A stretch of 64,000 nucleotides of DNA from Camelus ferus. Taxonomy: Eukaryota. Of this stretch, positions 28,664 to 40,600 are shown in pieces. Within the stretch, counting starts at the first letter, position 1, and each line of letters starts with the position of its first letter. The stretch is taken from contig NC_045696.1 of assembly GCF_009834535.1 (NCBI RefSeq), positions 12,650,001-12,714,000 of the forward strand. Direction: 5' to 3'. The position numbers and the translations under genes are program-made. Below the pieces are notes generated by a model. The model was not told where the DNA came from. It saw only the letters and a list, made by a program, of their open reading frames with translations, and searched no databases.

Positions 28664-29064
28664 TGTAGAGGGTGCTGTGATGTACCACCCAGATTTCCCC
28701 TTAGGGACCAAGGCACTCATTCCACCACCTGTTGGCTGCTGACAGCTCACAGCCAAGCCTCTCTCCAGGAATTGCCCTCAGGAAGGAGAACTGTCTGCTC
28801 AAGGTTATGTCCTCTCCCCAAAGGCACACAAGTCCCCTTGCTTGAATTCAGGACAGTCCGAAGGTTCATCTCAGCTCCAGAACTCCAGGTAAGTAAGGTC
28901 AGCTGCGCCCTTGGTTGCAACTGCATCACAGCTCAACTTCTCCCCTTACTCTATCCTGCTTCTCTCTCCCTCACAGATACAGTTTCTTAGAAGACTTTGC
29001 CAATGAACTTCCTGTACACAGATCTCCACTCCAGAGTCTGTTTCAGGCTGCCAAATCTAAGACA
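28664..29064 (+). mobile_element. ERVL LTR (LTR16-like)
   Basis: Begins tgtagagggtgctgtgatgtaccacccagat; ends ctccagagtctgtttcagg...atctaagaca. Confidence 0.65.
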
Positions 29065-29098
29065 GACAGAATAAAAATACCCCCCGCCCCACCCCGAT

Positions 29099-29440
29099 CC
29101 CTTTCTGCACTCACGCTCAGCGTGCTGCCGTCAGGCGCGGCCTCATCATGCAGAATGTTGCCGGCGAGTTCATGGACCTGTACGAGCCGCGGAAATGCTC
29201 TGCCAGCAACCGCATCATCGGCGCTGAGGACCACGCGTCCATCCTGACGAACGTGCTGAGGTTCAACCGCCAGTTAAAAACCTACGCCATCCACGGGGCT
29301 ACTCACAGGATCGGCGAGTCAGATGACTCCACTCTCCCACTGGCCAAGGCCAACGGCATCATCTCAAAGAATTTCTGGAAAAGATCATGGATGTGGAATA
29401 TTTGTCATAAATAAACAGTGACCCCCCCTCCCCCAAAAAA
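29099..29440 (+). pseudogene. RPS21: RPS21 processed retrocopy (ORF 29148-29414)
   Basis: Intronless [32 protein letters not shown]...GESDDS...SKNF matches eS21. Pyrimidine TOP-like 5' end, AATAAA at 29410-29415 and a short A tail. Confidence 0.93.
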
Positions 29441-29644
29441 GACCCGAAGACATCTAGGTGTATCTCCAACTATATGACTGGATTTCCAGGAGCCAAGAAC
29501 AGTGAATGAGGAGAGTTAAAATCAAAGAAAAACATACAAATAGATTTCCCAGAACCGATGAAAGAGACTGATCACATTGAAAGAGTCTATCAAGTATTCA
29601 ACAAGATAAAAATTTAAAAAAAACAAAAACAAAAACAAAAAACC

Positions 29645-30055
29645 AGTCAGTGTTCTCCAGAGAAACAGAACCAGGATGTGTACATATAGGAAGAGTTCTA
29701 TGTTAAGGAATTGGCTTGGGTGATTACGGAAGCTAAGAAGTCCCAAGATCTGTAAGGCAGTCCAGCAAGCTGGAGACCCAGAAAGAAATGATGGCGGCAG
29801 TGCAAGTTCAAAGGTTATCTGGTGCAGAATTCCCTCTTGTTCTGGGGAGATCAGTCTTTTATTCTATTCAGACTTTCAGCGGATTGGATGAGGCCTATCC
29901 GCATTGTGGAGAGCAATCTACTTTACTCTAAGTGAACTGATTTAAATGTTAAATCTCATTTGAAAACACCTTCAAAGAAACATCCAGAATAAAGTTTGAC
30001 CAAATTTCTGGAAATGATGGCTCAGCCAAACTGACAAATAAAATAAACGATCACA
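29645..30055. mobile_element. MLT2 (ERVL) LTR
   Basis: ttctccagagaaacagaacc...taaggaattggct...gattggatgaggcc...aacgatcaca. Confidence 0.85.
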
Positions 30056-30663
30056 CATAAAGATATACATATGAATATGCTCCTCTTACCTTGAGTCTTT
30101 CAGAAAACCAAAAATAAACATTTCCAGGGTCAAATTAAATTTTCTATAAAGGAGTAAGACTCAAGATGGCATTACATCTCATCAGCAGCACTGGATGTTA
30201 GGTAGACACTGGAGAAATATTTTCAAAATTCTAAGGAAAAATGATTCTCAGTCTAGAAATCTTTATACATACTAACTACTTCTTAGGTTGAAGAGTGAAA
30301 TAAAGATATTTGGGATAGTACCATCAAAAATAATTAACAGAGGATATATTCCAGCTAAGTATGAGTCCTAGGAAAAACACAGACTACTATAAATATGTGG
30401 ATCAGAGAGCCAGTAAAATAGTTAAATTAAAATCACTGTTTGCTGTTTTTTAAAAAATCAAAGAGTATCATCTAAATTCTCAGGCGATCTCAACATGGGA
30501 AGTAGAATTGGGAGACATTAGGAGAAACAGAAGTGAAAGCCTGTTAGGATGTTTATCTTTATTAAGAAAGGATATGATGCTGATCAATAGCTGAATCGTG
30601 AGAAAATAACATTTTTGTGTGTGAGTGCGCATGTGTGTGCACGTGTGTATCAAAGTTTAAGGG

Positions 30664-30796
30664 GGGGGGAGGGTATATAGAACAAGTGGTAGAGTGCACG
30701 CTTAGCATGCATGAGGTTCAAGCCCCAGTACCTCCACTGAAAAACCAAATAAATAAATGAACCTAATTACCTGCCCCTGCAAAAAAAATTTTTTTC
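30664..30796 (+). mobile_element. tRNA-derived SINE (vic-1-like) with a short internal deletion before the B box
   Basis: gaggttcaagcccc lacks the cctgg segment seen in sibling copies. TSD AAGTTTAAGGG at 30653-30663 and 30797-30807. Confidence 0.88.
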
Positions 30797-31938
30797 AAGT
30801 TTAAGGGTAAAAAAATGACACTGAAAAAAAGAACAAAGGCATAGCAAGAAAATGGAAACAAAAATATAGCAGTGTTGTGTTCTTAATTTTAAGCAACTTT
30901 GAATTCACAACAAAAAACAGTAAGCAAGACAAAGAGACATTTCATAGTAAGCAAGCAAGACCTCAATTAAGACGTATCAATCATAAATATCAAGGCTCCA
31001 ATTGGCATATAATGAAAATTCAAAAACCAAAGCTACCAAAAAACATATAAGTAGACAAAAGTAGTCTAATAATAAAAGACTTTTTATTATATTTATTATA
31101 AACATTAAATAACCTCATTCAGGCCATAAAAATCAAGTAGATACAAAATAAGATTCAAGAATATCTAAAGACCTAATTAATAAGGTAGATCCAATTAATA
31201 TAGTGAAGTCTATACTTTAAAACCAGAAAATAAACTTCCTTTTCAAGAAAAGAGAGTAGGAAAGACATTTCTAAGCACACTACAAGAATCAGAAGCTTTA
31301 AAGATAGATTTAATAAATATTTTAAAATATCTGTATAGCAAAATATACTGGAAAACAAAATCAAAATGCAATAACAAACTGAAGGAAAATAATTACCAAA
31401 CATATATAAAAATTTCTAATTAGTAGACATTTTGTATTTTTTGCCCAGCATCCACAGCAGCACAACAATTTTGCTCTGGCGGACCATTCTGGCTCTCTGG
31501 TGTGGTAAGGCCCCACCTTGGGTACCAAGAAATGGGGGAAGAGATCACTTCCTCCACATAGCCACATGATGATTCAATCATTAGCACATGACCTATTCGG
31601 AGCCAGTAAGAAAGAATAAATGATAGGATTTCTGTGCAAGCAACTGGAAAAAAAGATTCTTCCACTGAATTTGGTGATATGAAGCTGTAAAGAGGCAACC
31701 ATCTTGGTATCAAAAGGAAGATTAGCTTGAGGATGAAGTTGAAAGGGCAAAACTAAGGAAAGAACCCCAAAGTCTGGTGCCTAAATAGATAGATAGAAAT
31801 AATCAGATTGCTCAATGTCTTTAAATATATTGGGATGGTGGGGTGGTGGGCAGGCAGGGGTAAACAATTAGAAGAGAACTTGAGGCTGAATTGTGATATG
31901 TAGAAAACTATGCAAATGAAAAAGTAGTTATTACTAGG

Positions 31939-32393
31939 TGTTGTGGGTTGAATGGTATTCCCTCAAAAGATATACTGAAGTCCTAAACCATCCACCACCC
32001 TTATCTCTATGTATGTGTTCTTATTTGCAAATAGAATCAAGTTAAAATGAGGTCATACCAGAATAGGTAGGGCCCTAAATCTAACGACTGGTGTCCTAGT
32101 AAGGAGAGAAACGGAGCTATTAAGACACACAGGAAAGAAGGCCAAGTGGAAACCAAGGCAGAGACCTGAGCTATGCTGTCACAAGCCAAGGAAGGCCAAG
32201 GATAGCTGGTCACCCCCAGCAGTTGTGAGAGGCAAGGAAGGATTCTTCTCTAGAGCCTCCATAGAGAGCATGGCCCTTCCAACACCTTGACTTTGAACTT
32301 CTAACCTCCAGAGCTATGAAAGAATAAACTGCCGTTGTTTTAAACCACTTAGTTTGTGGTAATTTTCTATAACAGGGCTAGGAAACTAATACA
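31939..32393 (+). mobile_element. MLT1B/C-like LTR
   Basis: tgttgtgggttgaatggt...gccaaggaa...aataaact...ctaggaaactaataca. Confidence 0.88.
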
Positions 32394-32858
32394 CTAGATA
32401 ATTACTAACTTTAAGGACAAGCAAAAAGTTGTACAGGAAAACAAATGTAACTGGTATAATACACATCTGTTTTGAGTAGCATTTATATAAATAGAATAAT
32501 GTAAAAAAAATCATGACAATCATATTGAGAAGATGAGGTGAAAGGAACTGGCGATCACATTTGTTTATTTGAGGCAGGAAAACTAAATTCTTCTATCATG
32601 AGAATGTTACCTGCTACCATTGGTATGCAACAGATAATGTTAACGTTGAGAAATTAAGTAATATCATTATAAGCTTAGTATATAGAGATATGGGAATAAA
32701 TGGCCAAAGAAACAGTTAAAAGTTGAAAATGATCACCCCTAGGAAATGAGACATGAGAAATTGGGTGTGGGGTGCTAGAGTGGATTGTTTCTTCATAATA
32801 AGCATGTTCAATTATTTATCTTATGCATGTTACCAATTTTGATAAAAATAAAAACACA

Positions 32859-33000
32859 GGGGAGGGGATAGCTCAGGGGTACAGCATGTGCTTAGCAGGC
32901 ATGAGGTCCTGGGTTCAATCCCTAGTACCTCCAATAACAAAATAAACCTAATTACCTTCCCCCCAAAATAAATAAATAAAACAAAATAAAAAAGGAAAAT
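32859..33000 (+). mobile_element. tRNA-derived SINE (vic-1-like)
   Basis: ggggaggggatagctcagg...gtcctgggttcaatccctagtacctcc. Confidence 0.9.
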
Positions 33001-33149
33001 TAAGCAAAAATGAACAGACAATTCACAAAGGAAGAAACTCAAATAAAGAAAATATAAACACACGCCTAATCTCAATTAGCAATTAGATCAATTTAATTTA
33101 AAATAAACAAAAAATAAATTTAACAATATTAAATTAAATATTAAAATCT

Positions 33150-34470
33150 GCCACCAAGAGGTGACAGAAATATCAATAAATAAAATTAGTTTGGGGAGAA
33201 ATTTGGGAATTTGAAAATGTCTAGTAAAATTTAAAATGTGTATATATTACAACCCTGCTGATCTACTCCAGGTTGAATTCCAGGAAATTTCTGTAAAAGA
33301 CCAGAAAAATCATGTTTAAGAAAGTTAATTACAGTGTTCATAATAGTGAAAACCGGGAAAAAACTAAATGTTTACCAGTTGATATTTATCCATTCCAGAT
33401 AGAATTGTTTTATATTTTCAAAGAATAAAAAAACTGTATGGCAATTAAGTGGAGTAAACTAACTTTACATAATAAATTTCAGATAATGTTGAGTAAAAAA
33501 AAAAAAAGAAATTGAAAACACAGTATGTCCAATCTACTACCAGTTATATAAATTTGAAAACATAAATAGATCAGATGTTGTTCATGAATATATGAATGTA
33601 AAAGCTTAAAAACATGGGTTAGATGCATACTAAGTCCACAAGAGAAGATACTTTGGATTGAGAATTACAAAATTGAACTGAAGGTGAGTACACAAAGAAC
33701 ATCCATTTCATTTGTAATATTTTGGTTCTTATATTTTAAAACTATTTTAAGGAAACATGAGTATACTAACAATTGTCAATTCTGGGTGGTGGGTATTTAA
33801 GATTTTTAAAAACGTTATCCAAGTACTTTTCTGTGTTTTTATTTGTCAAATTTAAAAAACTAGATGTAAATATGTTTTATTGGGAAAGAAATTTCAAAAA
33901 TCAACTCAAAAAGAATGAGTAAAGTAACTGAATAGTCAAAATAGTCAAAAAGTAACTGAATAGTCTAGTAACCTACAGAAGGTACCCCAAAACATCAGAG
34001 AACTACCCACTAAAAAAGGCACCAAGCCCAGTTTTATAGGTAAGTTCTACCAAATGTTCCAGAAACAGTGACCTAAGGACAGCATAATCCTGATACAAAA
34101 CAGAGCCAGATTATTAGCATTCCAAATTCAGCAGTGTATTAAAAGAAAAATGCATCACTTTGTTTCGAGTGAGGTTTATGAAAAGGGCACATTCCTAACC
34201 TCAGTAAGACAATTTTTGTAATATACTACAGTAAAAAATGAAATGAGGAAAAAAAGCTTAATCTTAAAACTCAAAGCTGATAGTCCAGCATTTGTAAAAG
34301 AAAAAAAAAGGTAAAATTTAGTAACCATATGTATTTGTTCAAACTTTTGCAAATTACGTATAGAAGAAAACTTCTAAAGTAGAAGGAAAGAAACATTACC
34401 CTCAGTCAGACACAAGAGACTATGCCTCTACCCAGTGCTATCCCATAAAATAAAATAAATCTTAATATTC
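33150..34470 (+). mobile_element. Old L1 fragments abutting the N6AMT1 promoter
   Basis: A-rich, with L1 phrases ggcaccaagcccagttttataggtaagttctaccaaatgttc and gcataatcctgatacaaaac. Confidence 0.6.
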
Positions 34471-34519
34471 TAAAGAAGAAAGCAAATGTCAGTAGCTGCA
34501 GATTATACAATATCTAACC

Positions 34520-34930
34520 AGAAATTCCGAAGGCATCCACCGGCAAACTGTAAGCGAGGCGACTCTCCGCCCCCCCGTGCCCCGCCCCCATTGCCGGGCC
34601 CGCGCCCTTGCATGTACGCATGCGCACTTGTGGCGCATGCGCGTGGGTCGGAGAAGAAAGACATGGCGGCGCCCAGTTTCCCCACGCCACTGTACGGGCA
34701 TGTGGGCCGCGGCGCCTTCAGCGACGTGTACGAGCCCGCGGAGGACACGTTCCTGTTGCTGGACGCGCTGGAGGCGGCGGCGCCTGAACTCACGGGGTGC
34801 GAGGAGGGTGGGGGGGTCCCCGCAGAAGAGGTCTTGGGAATCCTGGAGCGGTGGCGCAGCCCTCCCGAGAGGAGGCGGTGTCGGCCCACTTGGCACTTGG
34901 TTGACACCAGCACACCGCAGCTGACGATAT
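34520..34930 (+). promoter_or_regulatory. CpG-island promoter of N6AMT1 with GC boxes, two NRF1-type sites and a YY1-like motif over the ATG
   Basis: Abrupt GC/CpG-rich block in AT-rich DNA. CCGCCCC boxes at about 34567-34589; CGCATGCGCA at 34617-34626; GCGCATGCGC at 34633-34642; ACATGGCGGC at 34661-34670. Confidence 0.85.
34663..34796 (+). CDS. N6AMT1: N6AMT1/HEMK2 methyltransferase, coding exon 1 (134 nt)
   Basis: ATG in GACATGG context. Encodes MAAPSFPTPLYGHVGRGAFSDVYEPAEDTFLLLDALEAAAPELTG, including the HemK2 VYEPAEDTFLL motif. Donor GG|gtgcga. Confidence 0.97.
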
Positions 34931-36720
34931 TCCTGTAGATACACTTAAAACATGTTCCAGGGATCTGCTTTTGCCGAAATGGTGTTTTTGTTTCAGGGGC
35001 TCCGTGCCTCCTTACCACAGCAGGCTGTACCTTTCTTATCAGCTGTTTATCAGGGAAATATATGCCCCTAAGGCCAGAAATTGTAACATTCAAAACCAGG
35101 ACGCTCTGAAAACACTGCGTCTTGTTAATAATACAGTTTTTAGTAAATATTATTATCTCGTGGCATCATTTAATTTACTCAGTACATAAAAGCATCCTCT
35201 AGCAATGGAAGGGAACGAAAACAAAATGAGGTTATGAAATACTGGAGTAGGGAAGTGTATTTTAAACCACTGAATAGCATACTTAACTGTCTAGCAACAG
35301 CCATTAGCCTCATGTGGCTACTGGGCACTTGAAATGTGACTAGTACTGAATTTTTCATTTTTAATTGTAAAAAATTTAAAGTTACAGTCAGCTAGCAAAC
35401 CTGTAGAATATATTCTAGCACCTAGTAAGTATTAATGTTGACTTGTTGAAGTGCTTACTATAAATTTTAAATTAGTAAAAAGAATGAGTATCTACTCTGT
35501 CAGGATAATTAGATTTATTTTAAGATCAAGCCTTGAAATGGATTTTCTCAGGATGAAGCAAACAGCTGTCAGACTTCAAAAATCCGTATTGTGTTTATTT
35601 ATCCCTCTTGGTCAGATTTTTCCATGTATAAAATGCCCTAACTTTTATTAAACTTGTTTTTCATTATAAACGATGGAATTTGGGTGTTTACTGGAATATA
35701 GAATGGAACAGTACTGTTTTATAACTTGTCTTTTATTCTCAAGATATTCCAGAAAAATTTACAAGCACAAATTGCCTTGCAAAGTATGCTGTAAAAGGAG
35801 CTGATTGTGTTTTAAAGTCTTGGATATTTCTGGTCTTGGAATTCTAATTATTCATGAGGCTATCATAGTTATTTTCAAATAGAGGCTGCCTGGGAAGATT
35901 CAACAGACCTTCTTAGAGCACATTAAAGGCTTGTGGAATGGTTCCCTAAGCCCTAGAGTTTGTTGTTTTTGAGTAGTTGTTTGGGAGGTTAATTGCTAGA
36001 GAGGGCCCTAAGTCCCATCAAACCTATTTCTGTAATGGGGATAATTAGTGCCTTTGATGTACATATAAGATAATAGGCAAGGACAAATACGGTAGGATCA
36101 AGAATTTATTATATTCAATAGCATTCTTAAGAGTATTCTTAATATTCTAAGATAAGATGCTCAAGTATTTTCCCAATTCAGTGTAGAGCTGTACAAATAG
36201 GGAACTTCTTTGCTGCTCTAAATCTGTTATCAATAGAATGGGGGAACTTTTCTTCCCCGGGGGTATGTTAATGGATTTATGAATTACTTTAAAATGATAC
36301 AGAAAATGTCTTTCATGAATAAATACTGTAATGATACTAACCCTATCATTTTAGGGAGTACCAAACTAGCGTTCCTTGTGGGAAGGGCTGATGTCTTCCA
36401 TATTAATATTTCCAACCCTAAATTAACATTCCACAGCTTGTATGTAATGTTTTGTAAAATTAACTGAAATCCATCTATTATAATACTATTTTACAGACTT
36501 AAATTACACACCCAAGATTTTGACAGTTTTGGGCTCTGCAGTAAATGAGCACAAAGTGGTTGTCCGAAAATAGCTTATTATAAATTTATTTTGTATTTCC
36601 ATATATTTATAGGTGAGAGATGTTGCTGAAGAAATGGACATTAAAAGTAGCATGAGTTATTTTCTGTGATGTGTATTTTAATGCTATTGTACTAATATTT
36701 GTTTTATTTTGGTTTCCTAG

Positions 36721-36807
36721 GGTAGAAATATGCCTTGAAGTAGGGTCAGGTTCTGGAGTGGTATCTGCATTCCTAGCCTCTATGATAGGTCCTCAAGTTT
36801 TGTTCAT
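36721..36807 (+). CDS. N6AMT1: N6AMT1 coding exon 2 (87 nt)
   Basis: Acceptor ttcctag|. Encodes VEICLEVGSGSGVVSAFLASMIGPQVLF, containing SAM-binding motif I. Donor AT|gtaagt. Phase matches exon 1. Confidence 0.97.
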
Positions 36808-37532
36808 GTAAGTGTAAGTATACAAATTCCATCCATATCTTACTCTAAGAGATTCACTGTGGATATGACTGATTGGATGAAATCATTTTTCTAAGTAGAT
36901 AACATGTATCCAGTAGTGTCTATTTAAGTATATATAACAAGGACTCAGGTTGCAAATTATGCTTCCCTAAAAATTAACCATGTTCAAAACTGTTCCATAA
37001 TACTATGGAATTATAGAAGCAGCATAATACTTTTAGGTCATCTCTAAGTTATTATCTTAGATAATTTGATTACCAGAAAAAATTGGAAGTTACTAAAATT
37101 TCTTTTTAGGAGATTTTAAAATATAGAAAATTAAAGAAGAAAATAAAAATAACCTATAAATTTTACCACACATAGTCCAAGTGTGTTTCCTTCATTTTTT
37201 TTTCATTTCCCATGTTTTTCATTTAATATCATTTAGTATCATGAGCATTTTCCTTTTTAATTTCATTTTTGGTAGCTACATAGTATTCCTTTGTTGGATT
37301 CATAATTTAATAAATTCCTTCAGCTATGTGTACATGTAAGTGTATTCTACTATTGAACATTGTAACAATATAACAGTCTTTTCCATCAGTATAACAAATC
37401 TTGGTTCTTTTTTATTCACCATTACTAAAGCATTCTAAGTTTTTTCTAAATCTGCTTCATGTAAAAGGAATGGGCTATTTGAATTTTTGTCCATAGATAT
37501 AGGATATAATTTTTTTTCTTTTCTTTTTATAG

Positions 37533-37623
37533 ATGCACGGATGTCAACCCTGAGGCAGCACTGTGTACTCTGGAGACAGCACGCTGTAACAAAGTCCACA
37601 TTCAACCAATAATTACAGATTTG
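37533..37623 (+). CDS. N6AMT1: N6AMT1 coding exon 3 (91 nt)
   Basis: Acceptor tttttatag|. Encodes (I)CTDVNPEAALCTLETARCNKVHIQPIITDL. Donor TTG|gtaagc. Confidence 0.97.
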
Positions 37624-40600
37624 GTAAGCTGTTAGTCTTCTTGTCCAGTACTGTAATGATTAATTTTCTTTTCAGGTAAGTTAAGGTCAGGATGGTTTAG
37701 GTCAAGGAATCTTGGGTGATTAATTAGTTAATAAACTTTTAACCCACTAAACAAAATAAATTCTTGACTAATATAATCCATCTTTTCCGTAATTCAAAAA
37801 AACTTTCTATTGGCTTATACAGATGAGATATCTTTCAGACAGAAGTGAAGAGAATCCATCAAACTGGCTTAAATAATAAGAGTAGATGGCTTCAGACAGC
37901 TGGCTTCAGGAACTCAAATGATGTTACAGGCATCTTTTTCTTAGCTCTGAACTTCTCTCTAATGGCTCTATTCCTGGTCAGTCTTTCCCTTCATAGGAAC
38001 AAGATGTTTGCATGTCCATATCTTATTTCTTAGAAACCCCTCAGGGAGAGAAATACTTTCTGTTCAGTTGCTCTAGCAAAGCGCCAGAATGAGTACCATT
38101 TGTACCAATTTCGGTCATGTACCTATCTCTCCGTCTCTTACTGTGGTCAAGGGGGATTGAAATACGAACATGATTGGCTTAGGCCTGAGTCACAGGGCCA
38201 CTCCAGCAGCTGGGTTGGGATAAACCCCACCCAGACCACTTGGATTGAGAATGAGAGGATGTAGTTTCCCCAGTGAAAGTCAAGGAGACGTAATCAGAAG
38301 AAAGGCTGAATGAGTCCTGGGCAGGTAAAAACAGCAAATGACAACTGCAGAACCATCGTTTTAAGTGACACATCATACGTTTTTCAGTTGCAGCTTTTAA
38401 AATATTTTAGATTATATTAGTCAGACTTGGATAATTTTGAACTTTTTTTTCAGTTTTAAATGGGAAATGCCTTTTTATAAGCAAAAATCATAATAGCATG
38501 CTCAGGGCATAAGGAATATAAAGTGCTTTCCGTACTTCTTGACCTTTATTATTCTTATACCAATAAGGATATTTAGCTTTTCTCCTTCTTAAACTTAGAA
38601 AGGATTTAGCAGCTTAAAAGGAATTAAACCAAAGATTGAAGAAATTCTTTACATATCACTAAAAGTTATTACTCCCATTAGAAACTAGATTATCAAGAAA
38701 GGTACTTAGGTGATTTACTTATGAAGATAGTGTGGTGATTTTGCTCTTTAAATTTTTAAGTTGTTTCTTTAATGTGTCCATCGTTAGTAATAAATATATG
38801 TTTTTGATAACAGTAAAACTTTAGAGATAGAAGAAATTCAGAATATCTATTTTTGATAAAAGGTGGAAACAGGTGAGGCACATTTTTGAAAGTCGCATAA
38901 CTTAGAAAATGATAAACCCAGAATTTAAGCCCAGATCTTCTGATGAACATGACTGGTGGCAGTCACTTCTGAAGCTGTCAGAATCCGTTCTGTGGGTGAA
39001 GTTGACCATGATACAGAATGTTGACTTGCGGCAAAGAAAGAAGGAAGATGTAGTTTGAGCATAGGCATTGCCACCTGTTTACAGAACTCTTAGATTTCTT
39101 ATATTCAGAACACTGGACATAGGTTATCACAACTGTCGTAAAAAATAAAGTCATTGTTTTGGATAACTGAATTTAACTGCTTACAAAGTAGTACTTTTAT
39201 TGTATTTCACTTTTAGGTTTAGAAGAAAGTCTTTTTCAAATATGTCTTATGCATTTCCTTACATCCTTAAAACAGTGAACATAAATTTCCCTTTTTTTGA
39301 TTCAGGGTTATTAATATGAATTATTATTCTGTACTATATGGGGTAATGACTAAGGTTTTTTCAGGTGTTTCCACCTTTACACTCAGTAGCTATAGCCTGC
39401 AGTGATTCTGAGTTTTTATTTCTCTCCTCTTTGTCTTCTTTTCACTTGCTTTATGTTGTCGTTATTTCGCCCGTTGATACCCACTGATAGTGCTTCCTCT
39501 CTCTTTTCATGTGCCTTGTGCTAGAATACCAAACAGTCAATTTAGTTAGACTTATATTTAAGCTAAGAGTTAAGGGGCTCTGATCAGTGCCTCTCACACA
39601 AATAAAGTATGTTTTGCTGTGTGGATTTAAAACTTCTTGTCAGAGGCCTTCTTTGCTTAATTCCCAATTCTTGGGTATATTCTCAGGCTGTGAGACTGTC
39701 TAAGAGCTGGATATGGATGGGTGAGGGATGCCTGAAGATAAACTTTATATCCAGTCCACAGAGGCTTTCTTATTTAAATCCATTTTCTTTTTAACTCCAA
39801 AATTCGGGCGGTTTTTTTGAATTTCAATTTGTTCCTTTATTTAGAATCCAGTGCTGAAATGGTATTAGTATATAGTACCTCAGGGCCATCGTAAATAGTT
39901 ACAAAGCAAATTCTTTTCTAATTTACTTACTCAACATTTTCTAGAATATTACGTTTTTGAATTCTTTTTACAATTTGGGAAACTTAATTTCTTTATGGAA
40001 TTGAAAATAAAGCTTTTGGTTATTTCAAATGTACTTCCTCATGCTCCAGTGTTATTACTAGATAGAACAGCAGATTAACTGATCATCTTTCTACTTGCAG
40101 ACAAAGATACACCTGAATTACTTCCCCTAAAATGTTTTTTTCTCTTTTAATTGAGTAAAGAAAGACAGTTACCTTTGAAGAGTAACTTCTTTTCAAAGGT
40201 ACTATTCATGTGTTCTCTTTGAACTGCGTAGTTAACAGTTAACAGGCTAATACAGATGAGATTGCTTTTAGAAACCTGGATAAAATGGAAATTCTAAGGC
40301 AGTTTTTCACAGCGTAAGTAGCTCAGTGATATGCCCAAGACTTAGATGGTATTACTGAGTATTTTAATTTTGAATCACATAATGTAAAAGCTGTTCCCTC
40401 TTGAATTCCCTTTCTGCCATTTGATTACATCTAAGAGAAGGTCTCAGCTTGGTGCTGTTCTTTAACACCTTTTAAACACCTACAAATGCCCCTTTAACCA
40501 AGAGAGCGCGAGTCTGGGTCACTCTTAGACTGGCAACAGTAACTGTGACAATAACATGTTTTCATTTATATTGCATTTATTCTTGTGGTCATTTCTGTTT

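Noticed and set aside
1..34400. Exons of the expected upstream neighbour LTN1
   Set aside because: Synteny is recalled from human, but I could not recognise any LTN1 coding sequence here.
34486..34938. 150-aa ORF as the full N6AMT1 protein
   Set aside because: It is exon 1 plus promoter sequence and intron read-through. Homology starts at ATG 34663 and ends at the donor at 34796.
34489..35093. Antisense ORFs of 151 and 196 aa over the promoter
   Set aside because: Stop-poor GC-rich CpG island; no recognisable protein.
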